This document shows, one piece after another, positions 11,349 through 21,432 of a stretch of DNA of 64,000 bases. The DNA comes from a virus. The notes beneath the pieces were generated by a model. The model saw only the letters and a list, made by a program, of their open reading frames with translations. It searched no databases and was not told where the DNA came from. The DNA is taken from the IMG/VR virus record IMGVR_UViG_3300043399_000633, positions 1-64,000 of that record. The stretch is one strand, 5' to 3'. A program made the position numbers and the translations under genes. How positions within the stretch are numbered: the stretch's first letter is position 1; every line of letters begins with the position of its first letter.

Positions 11349-13475
11349 ATGAAATATAGCGTAATAATACCAACTTACAATCATTGTGATGATTTGTTAA
11401 AACCGTGTATAGAATCTATCTACAAATATAGCAATGTTACTGATATTGAACTTATCATCAGTGCAAATGGTTGCGTAGACAACACAAGAGCATACCTAGA
11501 TTCATTAAAAGAAAAATATGACTTGTTAGGGATATCAAAAAATCTTAAAATAGTTTGGAATGATGATCCACTTGGATATTCACGGGCATGTAACGCCGGT
11601 ATCAAAGTTGCATCATGTCCGTTGATTGTGTTACTAAACAACGACACCGTATTACTAGAACAATCAAAAAATCGATGGCTAGAACAACTAGCAGGCCCTT
11701 TTAACTCAAATGAAAAGTGTGGTATATCGTGTTTGATTAAGAGTTTTTCAGACCCAGCAGGGCATGATTTTGCTATTTTCTTCTGTGTCATGATTCATCG
11801 AAAAGTTTTTGATAAGATAGGATTGTTAAGTTTAGATTATGGCGCCGGCGGAGGAGAAGATACTGAATTTAGTATTGAGTGTGAACGCGCAGGATTTGAA
11901 GTATGTGAATGTGTAGGTAAAGTTTGGAACGCTGAATTAGGAATGTATTGTGGTGATTTTCCTATATATCATAAAGGAGAAGGAACAGTACATGATAAAA
12001 ACTTAGTTCCTGAATGGGATAACATTTTTATTGAGAACTCAAAAACGCTAGCCAGAAAATATAATGTGAATTGGTTAGTAAAAAATGGATTTACCGAGAA
12101 GGATATATCTTATTTAAAAAAGCAACATGAAGGTTTTTATAAGGAAATCGTAGAAGAAAATTACTATGAGTTTACTAAAGAAACTATTGAAAACAAAATA
12201 GTCGTAGACATCGGAGCAAATGTAGGAGTAGCATCATTGTATGCGGCTTCTTTAGGTGCCAAACGAGTTATAAGTATAGAGCCAACAAAATCTATCTACA
12301 ATAAATTAGTCAATAATATATTGATGTCAAAATATTCGAACATTATTCCATTGCAACGAGCAGTAAGCAATGTAACGGGAAATACAGTAAAAATAAGTCA
12401 CAATGAAAATGATGGCGCTAATGGGATACATAATGTTAAATCTGAGTATGAAGAAGTAAAGACTATTAATCTTGCTGATATCTTAAAATTGACTGGTAAT
12501 TCTGAAGTAATATTAAAACTAGACTGTGAAGGTGCAGAGTTTGACATTCTCATGAATGCAACTAGTGAAGATTTAAAAATGGTCAGTACCATTGCATTAG
12601 AAGTTCATTCAAATTTACACCCTGTTTATAAAGATAGACAACTATTAGAAGATAAACTACGCAGTTTAGGCTTTAACCCTACTAACATTCAACCTATGTA
12701 TTACTGGGAATTTGATAATGAAGGACGACTCATCAACCAAACTGAATTGCCTTTTTCTAAACAGCGTTGGGTGAAATCAGTTGTTACTGAAAAAATTAAC
12801 CTAGATTTTTTAAAGGAACAAGATCCTGCAATGCACAGGGAAGTTATAGAAGCTAATCAATATCATTTATCCAAAGAAAAGGTCAAAGATAGAATTGTTG
12901 TTGATATTGGAGCAAACATAGGTGCATTTTCATTGTATGCAGCTATGTTAGGAGCAAAAAAAGTAATAGCAGTAGAACCAATAAGTGCATCTTATAATAC
13001 GTTCTTGAAAAATATACATAGATTGGGATTAAAGAACATCACTACCTACAAAAATATCGTAGCAGAAAAGGGCAATCAATTTTTACCAGTCAGTTTGAAT
13101 TCTAATGCAGGTGCCAATAGTATGTACAATGTATCAAATAATTACGAAGTGGTAGAGACTACTACTTTTGCTAACATTATGAATCAAATTGAAGGTAATA
13201 ATATATTGTTGAAGCTGGATTGTGAAGGCGGTGAATATGATGTGATAATGAATTCATTCCCTGAAGATTTTATTAGAATAAATGAAATCATGATGGAAAT
13301 ACATACAGACTTACATCCTAAATACAAAGGTAAACAGATTATTGAAGAAAAACTAAAGGAATATGGGTTTGAATTGGTAGACAACACTCAAATTTATTAT
13401 TGGGATTATGATTCTAATGGTAATGCCATAAATCATCGTGAAGCTCCCTTCGTTAATCAACATTGGAAAAAATGA
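11349..13475 (+). CDS. GT2 glycosyltransferase fused to two FkbM-family methyltransferase domains
   Basis: N-terminal SVIIPTYN/LNND; two copies of DIGAN(V/I)G and KLDCEG(A/G)E. Confidence 0.88.
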   Translation: MKYSVIIPTYNHCDDLLKPCIESIYKYSNVTDIELIISANGCVDNTRAYLDSLKEKYDLLGISKNLKIVWNDDPLGYSRACNAGIKVASCPLIVLLNNDTVLLEQSKNRWLEQLAGPFNSNEKCGISCLIKSFSDPAGHDFAIFFCVMIHRKVFDKIGLLSLDYGAGGGEDTEFSIECERAGFEVCECVGKVWNAELGMYCGDFPIYHKGEGTVHDKNLVPEWDNIFIENSKTLARKYNVNWLVKNGFTEKDISYLKKQHEGFYKEIVEENYYEFTKETIENKIVVDIGANVGVASLYAASLGAKRVISIEPTKSIYNKLVNNILMSKYSNIIPLQRAVSNVTGNTVKISHNENDGANGIHNVKSEYEEVKTINLADILKLTGNSEVILKLDCEGAEFDILMNATSEDLKMVSTIALEVHSNLHPVYKDRQLLEDKLRSLGFNPTNIQPMYYWEFDNEGRLINQTELPFSKQRWVKSVVTEKINLDFLKEQDPAMHREVIEANQYHLSKEKVKDRIVVDIGANIGAFSLYAAMLGAKKVIAVEPISASYNTFLKNIHRLGLKNITTYKNIVAEKGNQFLPVSLNSNAGANSMYNVSNNYEVVETTTFANIMNQIEGNNILLKLDCEGGEYDVIMNSFPEDFIRINEIMMEIHTDLHPKYKGKQIIEEKLKEYGFELVDNTQIYYWDYDSNGNAINHREAPFVNQHWKK

Positions 13476-14452
13476 AGAAAGAAATACTTTGCTCAATATC
13501 TACAAGAGGTAGGTACGATACCACATTGCCAATGGCAATATCATCAGTAATTACACAAACAAAAAGACCAGATTATTTGATTATTCAGGATGATAACGAT
13601 CCTCCCAGAGATGTGCGTGAAATGCAACATTATACTTACTTGATGCAAATATTAAGTGAGTCTGGTGTAGCATGGGAGTGGTTGTACGCTGAGAAAAAAG
13701 GACAGCATTATAATCATCAACGTGCTAATCATATGGGATATAAGTGGGTTTGGAGATTAGACGACGATACTATTCCTGAATGTAATGTTCTAGAAAATTT
13801 ATACAGACATGCTACGGAAACAGATAATGTAGGAGCTGTAGGTGGTTCGGTACTTACACCACCTAGTATGCCTGAAATCACAGACGTAACAGGAAAGATC
13901 GAAAACATCTATAAAGAAGCCAATATGCAGTGGGGAAGAATATCTGAAAAGAAACAAGTAGACCATTTGCATTGTTCTTTCCTTTATAGGGCCGGCGTAG
14001 CTGATTATTGTTTGAGCCTTTCTAGAATAGCACATAGAGAAGAAACGCTCTTTACATATGAGTTAGTGAAGAAAGGTTACAAAAACTATGTTATTCCCAA
14101 TACTATCACATGGCACTTAAAAAATAAAGAAGGTGGGATACGTGATGGTATCCGTGAAATGTTTGAGCATGACGAACAAATATTTCAAAATATAATGCAA
14201 TTTAAAGATCAAACAATTGTTATACTAGACTGTGGTATGGGCGATCATATCGTATTCAAAAAAGTATTGCCATACATAAAGAATCCAGTGCTTTTTACGT
14301 GCTATCCTGAAATTATCCCTGGTCGTAGTATTGCAGAAGCACAGGCATTATTTGGAGATATACACAACTATAACGTATATGCACACATGGATCGGTGGAA
14401 TTGGAAAGGCTCACTTGAAGATGCCTTTAGAAAATTTTATAATGTAGTATGA
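13472..14452 (+). CDS. GT2-like glycosyltransferase with C-terminal GT9-like N-domain fragment
   Basis: QDDND, RLDDD and HREET motifs; C-terminal ILDCGMGDHI; ATG overlaps the upstream TGA. Confidence 0.7.
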   Translation: MKKEILCSISTRGRYDTTLPMAISSVITQTKRPDYLIIQDDNDPPRDVREMQHYTYLMQILSESGVAWEWLYAEKKGQHYNHQRANHMGYKWVWRLDDDTIPECNVLENLYRHATETDNVGAVGGSVLTPPSMPEITDVTGKIENIYKEANMQWGRISEKKQVDHLHCSFLYRAGVADYCLSLSRIAHREETLFTYELVKKGYKNYVIPNTITWHLKNKEGGIRDGIREMFEHDEQIFQNIMQFKDQTIVILDCGMGDHIVFKKVLPYIKNPVLFTCYPEIIPGRSIAEAQALFGDIHNYNVYAHMDRWNWKGSLEDAFRKFYNVV

Positions 14453-14940
14453 TTAAATTAAATTTAGGTAGTGGTGGAGATTACATCGATGGGTTTGTAA
14501 ATATAGACCTATATGCTGAACGTGCTGATGAAAGATTTGACATTGCAAAATTACCTTATTCTAATAATTCGATTGATGAGATTAGAGCATATCATGTCAT
14601 AGAGCATTTTAATTATTTACATGCACATGATGTGTTAAAAGAATGGCATAGGGTATTAAAGCCTGGATCTAAAATTAAAATCGAAACTCCTGACTTTTTG
14701 GAATCATGTAAAGAATTCATCAAAGCAGACCAGGATGGTCGTTGGAATTTGTATGGGCATTTCTTCTCAACAGCCTGGGTCAACGAAGGACTAATTCATA
14801 AATTTTTGTATACAGAATACGAGTTACGAAAAACCATGACATGGGCAGGATTTCAAAATATTATAAGATGTGAACCCAATTCAGGATATGTAACTCCAAA
14901 TACTAAAAACATATTTTTAAATTTAGAAGCGACAAAATGA
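14449..14940 (+). CDS. Class I SAM-dependent methyltransferase (type 11-like)
   Basis: LNLGSG, HVIEH, WHRVLKPG motifs. Confidence 0.85.
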   Translation: MIKLNLGSGGDYIDGFVNIDLYAERADERFDIAKLPYSNNSIDEIRAYHVIEHFNYLHAHDVLKEWHRVLKPGSKIKIETPDFLESCKEFIKADQDGRWNLYGHFFSTAWVNEGLIHKFLYTEYELRKTMTWAGFQNIIRCEPNSGYVTPNTKNIFLNLEATK

Positions 14941-15392
14941 TTATTATTTCACCCTATGCTAAGTTCATGCGTAATGGACAGAAACATCCTAAAAATTATC
15001 CTTTTTGGCAAGAAGTTATAAATCACATTGCTGAGCCCATTGTTCAAGTGGGAGTAGAAGGTGAACTACCATTAGTCAGCGATTTTAGAAAAAATTTACC
15101 CTTAAGTGAATTAGCTGAGTTAGTCAAATCATGTAACACTTGGATAAGCTGTGATAGTTTTTTTCAACATTTCTGTTGGGATTTAGGAAAGCCGGGCATT
15201 GTTATTTTTTCGCAATCAGATCCTAACATTTTTGGTCACCCCGAAAACGTAAATTTGCTCAAAGATAGAAAATATTTGCGTGAGAAACAATTTTGGATAT
15301 GGGAACAAGCAGAATATAACGAAGAATCGTTTGTACATCCTCAAGTTATACTACATTCTTTAGCTGTGAGATTTAACGTAGAACTAAAATAA
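14937..15392 (+). CDS. GT9 (ADP-heptose transferase)-like C-terminal domain protein
   Basis: KNYPFW, LSELAELVK, ISCDSFFQH, GKPGIVIF pattern typical of the GT9 C-terminal Rossmann domain. Confidence 0.65.
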   Translation: MIIISPYAKFMRNGQKHPKNYPFWQEVINHIAEPIVQVGVEGELPLVSDFRKNLPLSELAELVKSCNTWISCDSFFQHFCWDLGKPGIVIFSQSDPNIFGHPENVNLLKDRKYLREKQFWIWEQAEYNEESFVHPQVILHSLAVRFNVELK

Positions 15393-15838
15393 TGCACAAC
15401 ATCTTTCAAAACTCATATGATGTTATATTAAAAAATTGGTATAATCTACGACAATCACTAGAATCTAAAGACATAGCTACTAAATGTATTGAAGTAGACA
15501 AATGGTGGCAACAAGCACCAATGGTAAATCATTACCTGCATACTGACTTTGTAGTTGAATGGCCCAATCCATGGGAACTTATATACGAGAATCACTATTG
15601 CCATATCGCACGTGGTTTGGGTATGTTTTACACATTGCATTTGTTGGGAATACAGGATGTTGAATTTGCTCAAGCAACCGATTATAATAATGAAGAAGTT
15701 GCATTGGTTATGGTCGAAAACGCAAAATATATACTTAATTACTGGCCGTGCACGGTAGTAAATAACAATCTACAAGATTTTAAAATTGTCAAGCGTATTG
15801 ACACAATACCACTCATCATAAAAATAGGTCTAAAATGA
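15392..15838 (+). CDS. Hypothetical phage protein
   Basis: Translationally coupled ORF; WPNPWELI...C motif; function unknown. Confidence 0.6.
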   Translation: MHNIFQNSYDVILKNWYNLRQSLESKDIATKCIEVDKWWQQAPMVNHYLHTDFVVEWPNPWELIYENHYCHIARGLGMFYTLHLLGIQDVEFAQATDYNNEEVALVMVENAKYILNYWPCTVVNNNLQDFKIVKRIDTIPLIIKIGLK

Positions 15839-18150
15839 AAATATATGTAACGAAAAGATCAGGACAAAAAGAAATACTCACACTAGAAAAATGGCAAGCA
15901 CAGATAGCAAAAATATGCAGGGGCATAGCAGATGTAAGCCAATCCATGATAGAAATTAAAGCCCAACCACATTTTTACGATGGTATCACTACTAAAGAAA
16001 TTGACGAAATCACACTTAGGGCGATTGTTGATTTAATCGATGTAGAAGCTAATCCTGATTTAGGTCATACGAATTACCAATTTGTAGCAGGCAAACAAAG
16101 ACTTTCTATGCTGCGGAAAGATGTGTATGGTGATTATACTCCTCCTAGATTGTACGAAATTGTCAAGAAAAATATTAGTGTAGGTCTTTATACAGAAGAT
16201 TTGCTCAAGTGGTACACTGAAGAAGAATGGGACAAGATGGATACATTTATCGACCATTCTAAAGATGAGGCTTATAGCTATGCTGCCATTGAGCAATTGA
16301 TAGAAAAATATCTTGTGCGTAACCGCAGCACAAAAGAAATTTATGAGACTCCGCAAGTACGATATATGGTTGCGGCCGCCACAGTATTTCACAAAGAAGA
16401 ACCCCTTTCTGCTAGAATGCGTTACATAAAGGAATATTACAATGCCGCATCCGATGGTCTTTTTACTCTCGCTACTCCTGTCCTCGCTGGTCTTGGTACT
16501 CCCACCAAGCAGTTTTCATCTTGTGTCCTTATACGTAGTGATGACGATCTTGATAGTATATTTGCTAGTGGCGAAATGATGGCAAAATATGCCAGCAAAC
16601 GCGCTGGCATTGGACTTGAAGTTGGGCGTCTACGTCCATTAGGAAGTCCTATTCGCGGCGGTGAAATCATGCACACCGGCTTGATTCCTTTTTTAAAGAA
16701 GTGGTTCGGTGATTTACGCAGTTGCTCACAAGGGGGAATTCGAAATGCTAGTGCTACTGTATTTTATCCAATTTGGCATCATCAGTTTGACGATCTTATC
16801 GTTCTTAAGAACAATCAAGGAACAGAGGAAACCCGAGTCCGTCATATGGATTATGGGGTTGTGCTTTCCAGTTTTTTCTGGCGAAGATTCAAAAACAAAG
16901 AAAACATAACGTTTTTTGATCCTAACGAAGTGCCTGACCTATATGAGGCATTCTACAAGGATACGAAACTTTTTGAAGAATTGTATGTAAAGTATGAGAA
17001 AGCTTCAGGACTGCGCAAAAAGACTATGAGTGCTGAAGAAGTATTTAAAGGCGGTATACTAAAAGAAAGAACAGACACTGGTAGAATCTATCTAGTATTC
17101 ATTGATAATGTGATGAATCAGGGTCCGTTTGATCCTGAGTTCCATACCATTTATCAAAGTAATCTTTGCTTAGAAATTTTGTTGCCTACTAAACCGTTTA
17201 AGAGATTAGATGATCTCACCGGGCGTATAGCTCTTTGCACACTCGGTAGCATGAATTGGGGGTTATTCCGTAATCCGGAAGATATGCGCCGTGCATGCCG
17301 TATACTACATCGCAGCCTTAATAATATTCTTGATTATCAAGATTTCCTAAGCATACAGAGTAAGTTGTCAAATGATGAGATTCGTCCACTGGGAATTGGT
17401 GTCACAAATCTTGCATACTGGCATGCTAAACGTGGACTTAAGTATGGTGAGAAAGACGCACTACAAGAAGTTAAATCTTGGATAGAACATCAGATGTACT
17501 ATCTAACAGAAGCAAGCGTGGAACTTGCTAAAGAACGAGGCAAATGCTTGGATAGCGATAAAACTTGGTATGGTCGTGGCATCTTTCCTTGGGAACGCCG
17601 TGCTAAAGGTGTCAATGAATTGGCAGACTTTAATCCTGAATTAGATTGGGAAACACTCAGACAAGAAATGAAGCAGTATGGTGTTAGAAATGCTACAAAC
17701 GGTGCTATTGCACCTGTAGAATCTAGTTCAGTGGTTATCAATTCTACTAATGGTATTGAAATGCCAATGTCATTGATTTCTACAAAGGAAAGTAAAGCAG
17801 GAAGCTTTACTCAAGTAGTTCCTGAGTATCAAAAATTAAAGAACAAATATCAACTAATGTGGGATCAAAAAGATTGTACGCCGTATCTAAAAACAGCGGC
17901 AGTACTGCAAGCATATATTGATCAATCTATCAGTACAAACACATTCTACAATCCTGCTCATTTCTCAGAAAGAAAAGTACCCACAACAACCATAGTTAAA
18001 AACTTAATGCAGGCACAGATATGGGGAATCAAAACCTTCTATTACAGCCTCATCAACAAACAGGGATCAAAAGCTACCGAACAAGTAGACGTACCACAAC
18101 AAGTTGTAGTAGAAGAATTAGAAGATGATTGCGAAGCTTGCAAACTATAA
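15835..18150 (+). CDS. nrdA: Ribonucleoside-diphosphate reductase class Ia, alpha subunit
   Basis: N-terminal ATP cone (VTKRSG), TPVLAG, QFSSC, SNLCLE, C-terminal CEAC. Confidence 0.96.
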   Translation: MKIYVTKRSGQKEILTLEKWQAQIAKICRGIADVSQSMIEIKAQPHFYDGITTKEIDEITLRAIVDLIDVEANPDLGHTNYQFVAGKQRLSMLRKDVYGDYTPPRLYEIVKKNISVGLYTEDLLKWYTEEEWDKMDTFIDHSKDEAYSYAAIEQLIEKYLVRNRSTKEIYETPQVRYMVAAATVFHKEEPLSARMRYIKEYYNAASDGLFTLATPVLAGLGTPTKQFSSCVLIRSDDDLDSIFASGEMMAKYASKRAGIGLEVGRLRPLGSPIRGGEIMHTGLIPFLKKWFGDLRSCSQGGIRNASATVFYPIWHHQFDDLIVLKNNQGTEETRVRHMDYGVVLSSFFWRRFKNKENITFFDPNEVPDLYEAFYKDTKLFEELYVKYEKASGLRKKTMSAEEVFKGGILKERTDTGRIYLVFIDNVMNQGPFDPEFHTIYQSNLCLEILLPTKPFKRLDDLTGRIALCTLGSMNWGLFRNPEDMRRACRILHRSLNNILDYQDFLSIQSKLSNDEIRPLGIGVTNLAYWHAKRGLKYGEKDALQEVKSWIEHQMYYLTEASVELAKERGKCLDSDKTWYGRGIFPWERRAKGVNELADFNPELDWETLRQEMKQYGVRNATNGAIAPVESSSVVINSTNGIEMPMSLISTKESKAGSFTQVVPEYQKLKNKYQLMWDQKDCTPYLKTAAVLQAYIDQSISTNTFYNPAHFSERKVPTTTIVKNLMQAQIWGIKTFYYSLINKQGSKATEQVDVPQQVVVEELEDDCEACKL

Positions 18151-18162
18151 CGAGATAAAGAA

Positions 18163-19272
18163 ATGAGTAACCAACAATATAATTTAAAAACTAAAACAGA
18201 TTACCTATCCAGAAAGATGTTTTTGGACCCTGACGGTCCTGTAACCATTCAACGTTTTGAAGAAGTAAAATATAAAAAGATTGCTGATTTTGAACAAACT
18301 GCTAGGGGTTTCTTTTGGGTCCCTGAAGAAATCAGTTTAACGAAAGATGCACAAGATTTTAAAGATGCTAGTGATACTGTAAAACATATTTTTACTAGTA
18401 ATCTATTGCGTCAAACCGCATTGGATAGCTTGCAAGGTCGTGGTCCAAGTCAAATTTTTACTCCAGTTATTAGCTTACCAGAACTAGAAGCACTAGTATA
18501 TAATTGGACATTCTTTGAGACTAATATTCATAGTCGGTCGTACAGTCATATCATTCGTAATATCTATAATGTTCCTAAAGAAGTGTTCAATACTATTCAT
18601 GACACTAAGGAAATTGTTGAGATGGCAAGTAGTGTTGGTAAGTACTACGATAACTTACACAGATTAAACTGTATCAAAGAAATAGATGATGACCCAAATA
18701 ACTGCCCAGAAGAATCGCACGTCAAAGCTATATGGCTAGCATTGAACGCAAGTTATGCATTAGAAGCATTTCGTTTCATGGTATCATTTGCTACAAGTTT
18801 AGCAATGGTTGAAAACAAAATCTTTATCGGCAACGGCAACATCATCAGTCTAATTCTACAAGATGAGTTGTTACATAAAGGTTGGACTGCATTCTTGATC
18901 AATCAAGTAGTAAAGGAAGATCCACGCTTTGCAAAAATTGCATTAGAATGTCATGATGAAGTATTGCAGATTTACAAAGACGTTATCCGTGAGGAAAAAG
19001 AGTGGGCAGACTATTTGTTTAAGTATGGCCCTGTTATCGGACTTAATGCAAACATTCTAAAAGATTTCGTAGATTATACAGCAGTAGGTGCATTGAAAGA
19101 TATTGGAATTAAATATTGGAATCCTGCGCCTAAAACAACTCCTATACCATGGTTCAATAAACATAGCGATACAAGTAAGAAACAAACGGCATTGCAAGAA
19201 AACGAATCTACTAATTATGTTATCGGAGTAATGAGCGACAGTATAGATTACGAACAACTACCAGCAATTTAA
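18163..19272 (+). CDS. nrdB: Ribonucleoside-diphosphate reductase class Ia, beta subunit
   Basis: FWVPEEI, ETNIHSRSY, LEAFRF, DELLH, ALQENESTNY. Confidence 0.96.
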   Translation: MSNQQYNLKTKTDYLSRKMFLDPDGPVTIQRFEEVKYKKIADFEQTARGFFWVPEEISLTKDAQDFKDASDTVKHIFTSNLLRQTALDSLQGRGPSQIFTPVISLPELEALVYNWTFFETNIHSRSYSHIIRNIYNVPKEVFNTIHDTKEIVEMASSVGKYYDNLHRLNCIKEIDDDPNNCPEESHVKAIWLALNASYALEAFRFMVSFATSLAMVENKIFIGNGNIISLILQDELLHKGWTAFLINQVVKEDPRFAKIALECHDEVLQIYKDVIREEKEWADYLFKYGPVIGLNANILKDFVDYTAVGALKDIGIKYWNPAPKTTPIPWFNKHSDTSKKQTALQENESTNYVIGVMSDSIDYEQLPAI

Positions 19273-19281
19273 GGAGAAAAT

Positions 19282-19512
19282 ATGAAAGCTATAATTTGGA
19301 GTAAGTATCATTGCACATTTTGTGATCAAGCAAAAAAGTTGCTTGAACAAAACCAAATTCCATACGAAGAAAAAAAAATCGGAGATGGATACACAAAAGA
19401 AGAATTATTAGAAGCAGTACCTAACGCACGTACTGTTCCGCAAATCTTTTTGGACGACAAACTAATCGGTGGTTATACCGAACTTAAACAATTTTTATCA
19501 AAGGCAGCATAA
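19282..19512 (+). CDS. Glutaredoxin
   Basis: CTFC active site, TVPQIF, IGGY. Confidence 0.92.
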   Translation: MKAIIWSKYHCTFCDQAKKLLEQNQIPYEEKKIGDGYTKEELLEAVPNARTVPQIFLDDKLIGGYTELKQFLSKAA

Positions 19513-19808
19513 TGACATTAGAAATAGGCAAAGTATTCACATTCAAGATGAACAGTGGAGAAGAATTAATAGCAAAAATCGTTGATGTAGGTACGGAAAT
19601 TACCGTTACCGATCCCGTTAGTATCGCTCCGGGCCCACAAGGTATGGGGTTGGTCCCTAGTATGTTTACCGCAGAAACTGGTAAAAACGTGATGATAAAT
19701 ACTAATAGTATTTCTATGTACGCAGAAACTGAAGACAATGTAAAGATGAAATATCTTGAAGCTACAACAGGAATAAAAGTACCTAGTAAGAAAATAGTAT
19801 TGGGGTAA
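19512..19808 (+). CDS. Small Sm-like fold phage protein
   Basis: K(M)NSGEELIA start motif typical of T4-like Sm-fold hypotheticals. Confidence 0.55.
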   Translation: MTLEIGKVFTFKMNSGEELIAKIVDVGTEITVTDPVSIAPGPQGMGLVPSMFTAETGKNVMINTNSISMYAETEDNVKMKYLEATTGIKVPSKKIVLG

Positions 19809-19811
19809 TGA

Positions 19812-20108
19812 ATGCCAGCGGTTGCAAGACAAGGGGATAGTTTCAGCACAGGACACGGTTGTACCGGTGAATCGTTTCTTGCCGGTTCATCTAGTGATGT
19901 CTTTGTAGATGGAATAGGGATTGAACGTCAGGGTGATCCCTGTGTTGAGCATACTATTAAAAGTGGAAGAAGATGTTCACCACATGTTGTTACTATATCA
20001 AGTGGTAGCGGATCAGTATTTGTCAATGGTAGACCCATCGCTAGAGTAGGTGATTCAATAGATGCAGGTTCAATAACAAGCGGATCATCAACTGTATTTG
20101 CAGGATAA
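19812..20108 (+). CDS. PAAR-repeat tail spike tip protein
   Basis: Three PAAR-like repeats (PAVARQGD, IERQGD, PIARVGD) with GS..VF motifs. Confidence 0.9.
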   Translation: MPAVARQGDSFSTGHGCTGESFLAGSSSDVFVDGIGIERQGDPCVEHTIKSGRRCSPHVVTISSGSGSVFVNGRPIARVGDSIDAGSITSGSSTVFAG

Positions 20109-20116
20109 CAGATATT

Positions 20117-21430
20117 GTGACAACACCAAAACAAACACCGTTAGGTATTAATGTACAAGGTTCTCTATTGCAGAACTTAGGAATAAACATTAATCCTATC
20201 AATCAAGCTTATATTGGCGTTAGTAAAATTAACACCACGTATACCTTTGGTTCAGTTGTTAATAATACTTGTTTAAAGTTATTGACTTACGCTATCAATG
20301 ATGCATATGTTAGGGGTTTGGTAACCAAAACACCCGCAGGATCTAGCATTTATGATGCTCTAATATCTATCGGAGAGGGTTACTGTCCTGCATTAGGAAA
20401 TTCTAAACCCCCTACATATGAGGCAGTAGATCCCAGTGGTCAATGGACAGGTGCCGGAACGCCAGCCACAACAGGGTATGCTAATGATGTTAATCCTGAT
20501 TACCCTAACAATGACCAAGGTCAAGGGCAAGAAGCAAGTTGGTTGCCGTACAATACAACTAATCCAAACAGTGCAGTTACACAATGGGGATTTTTAAGAA
20601 ATTATGCGTTGCAAGCTTGGAATGAATTTAACTATAACGGATCTAGCCCTAATAGTTCGTCCGTAAGTTATAAAGATTTTCTCAGTTCATTCTTAGCTGC
20701 TAAAGGATTTATAGATAACACAAATGTTTCAATTCATGCTATGTCTAATAGTGAAACCTTTTTAAAGGGAACATATAGCAACATGAATGACTTGACTAGT
20801 GCAGATGTAACTGGAGTAAATTTAGCAACATCTGAATTTGGACAAGATTGTGTTATAGCAGGTAAAGTTATTGACTTAACTAAATTAGATAAATTTGGAT
20901 TGCCTTCTGTATTATTGCAAACAATTAAAAAGTATAATGCTATTTCACAGTCATTGACTCTGGCATTACTTTCAGCCGGATTAAGTCCAGATGAAGTAGA
21001 AAGTATTGCGAACAACACTGCTCCTTATATATCTAAACAACAAGAACAACAAATATATGGTGCATTTTTAGTTGTAGTAGGAACTGATTTACAAGATATT
21101 CTAGTGCCATTGAATTGCAAAACCAAAGGACTAACTTCGTTAGCAGACTTGTTAAACGTACAAAAATTATTTCCTAATAGTTTTAGGTCACTGACTGTTC
21201 CTGTTTATAATGTTACACAAGGTCCTACAAATAGTAAAACTTATTATCCTATATATGAAAACAATGGTTTAAGTCCTAGATTAAAAAGCCCTACAATTGC
21301 CAATCAGATTGGAGAGGTAATTATACCAGGTGTCCCGCCTGTTATCGAAACTACTACAATTTTAACAGTAGAAAATACATCATCATATTTAGATGATAGT
21401 AGCAATCCTGTAAATGGGCAAGGAATTTAA
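20117..21430 (+). CDS. Hypothetical protein, probably virion/baseplate structural
   Basis: 437 aa, GTG start, follows PAAR; N/T/G/S-rich. Confidence 0.55.
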   Translation: MTTPKQTPLGINVQGSLLQNLGININPINQAYIGVSKINTTYTFGSVVNNTCLKLLTYAINDAYVRGLVTKTPAGSSIYDALISIGEGYCPALGNSKPPTYEAVDPSGQWTGAGTPATTGYANDVNPDYPNNDQGQGQEASWLPYNTTNPNSAVTQWGFLRNYALQAWNEFNYNGSSPNSSSVSYKDFLSSFLAAKGFIDNTNVSIHAMSNSETFLKGTYSNMNDLTSADVTGVNLATSEFGQDCVIAGKVIDLTKLDKFGLPSVLLQTIKKYNAISQSLTLALLSAGLSPDEVESIANNTAPYISKQQEQQIYGAFLVVVGTDLQDILVPLNCKTKGLTSLADLLNVQKLFPNSFRSLTVPVYNVTQGPTNSKTYYPIYENNGLSPRLKSPTIANQIGEVIIPGVPPVIETTTILTVENTSSYLDDSSNPVNGQGI

Positions 21431-21432
21431 TA

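Noticed and set aside
15835-19272. Introns or inteins in nrdA/nrdB
   Set aside because: Both ORFs are continuous and of normal length
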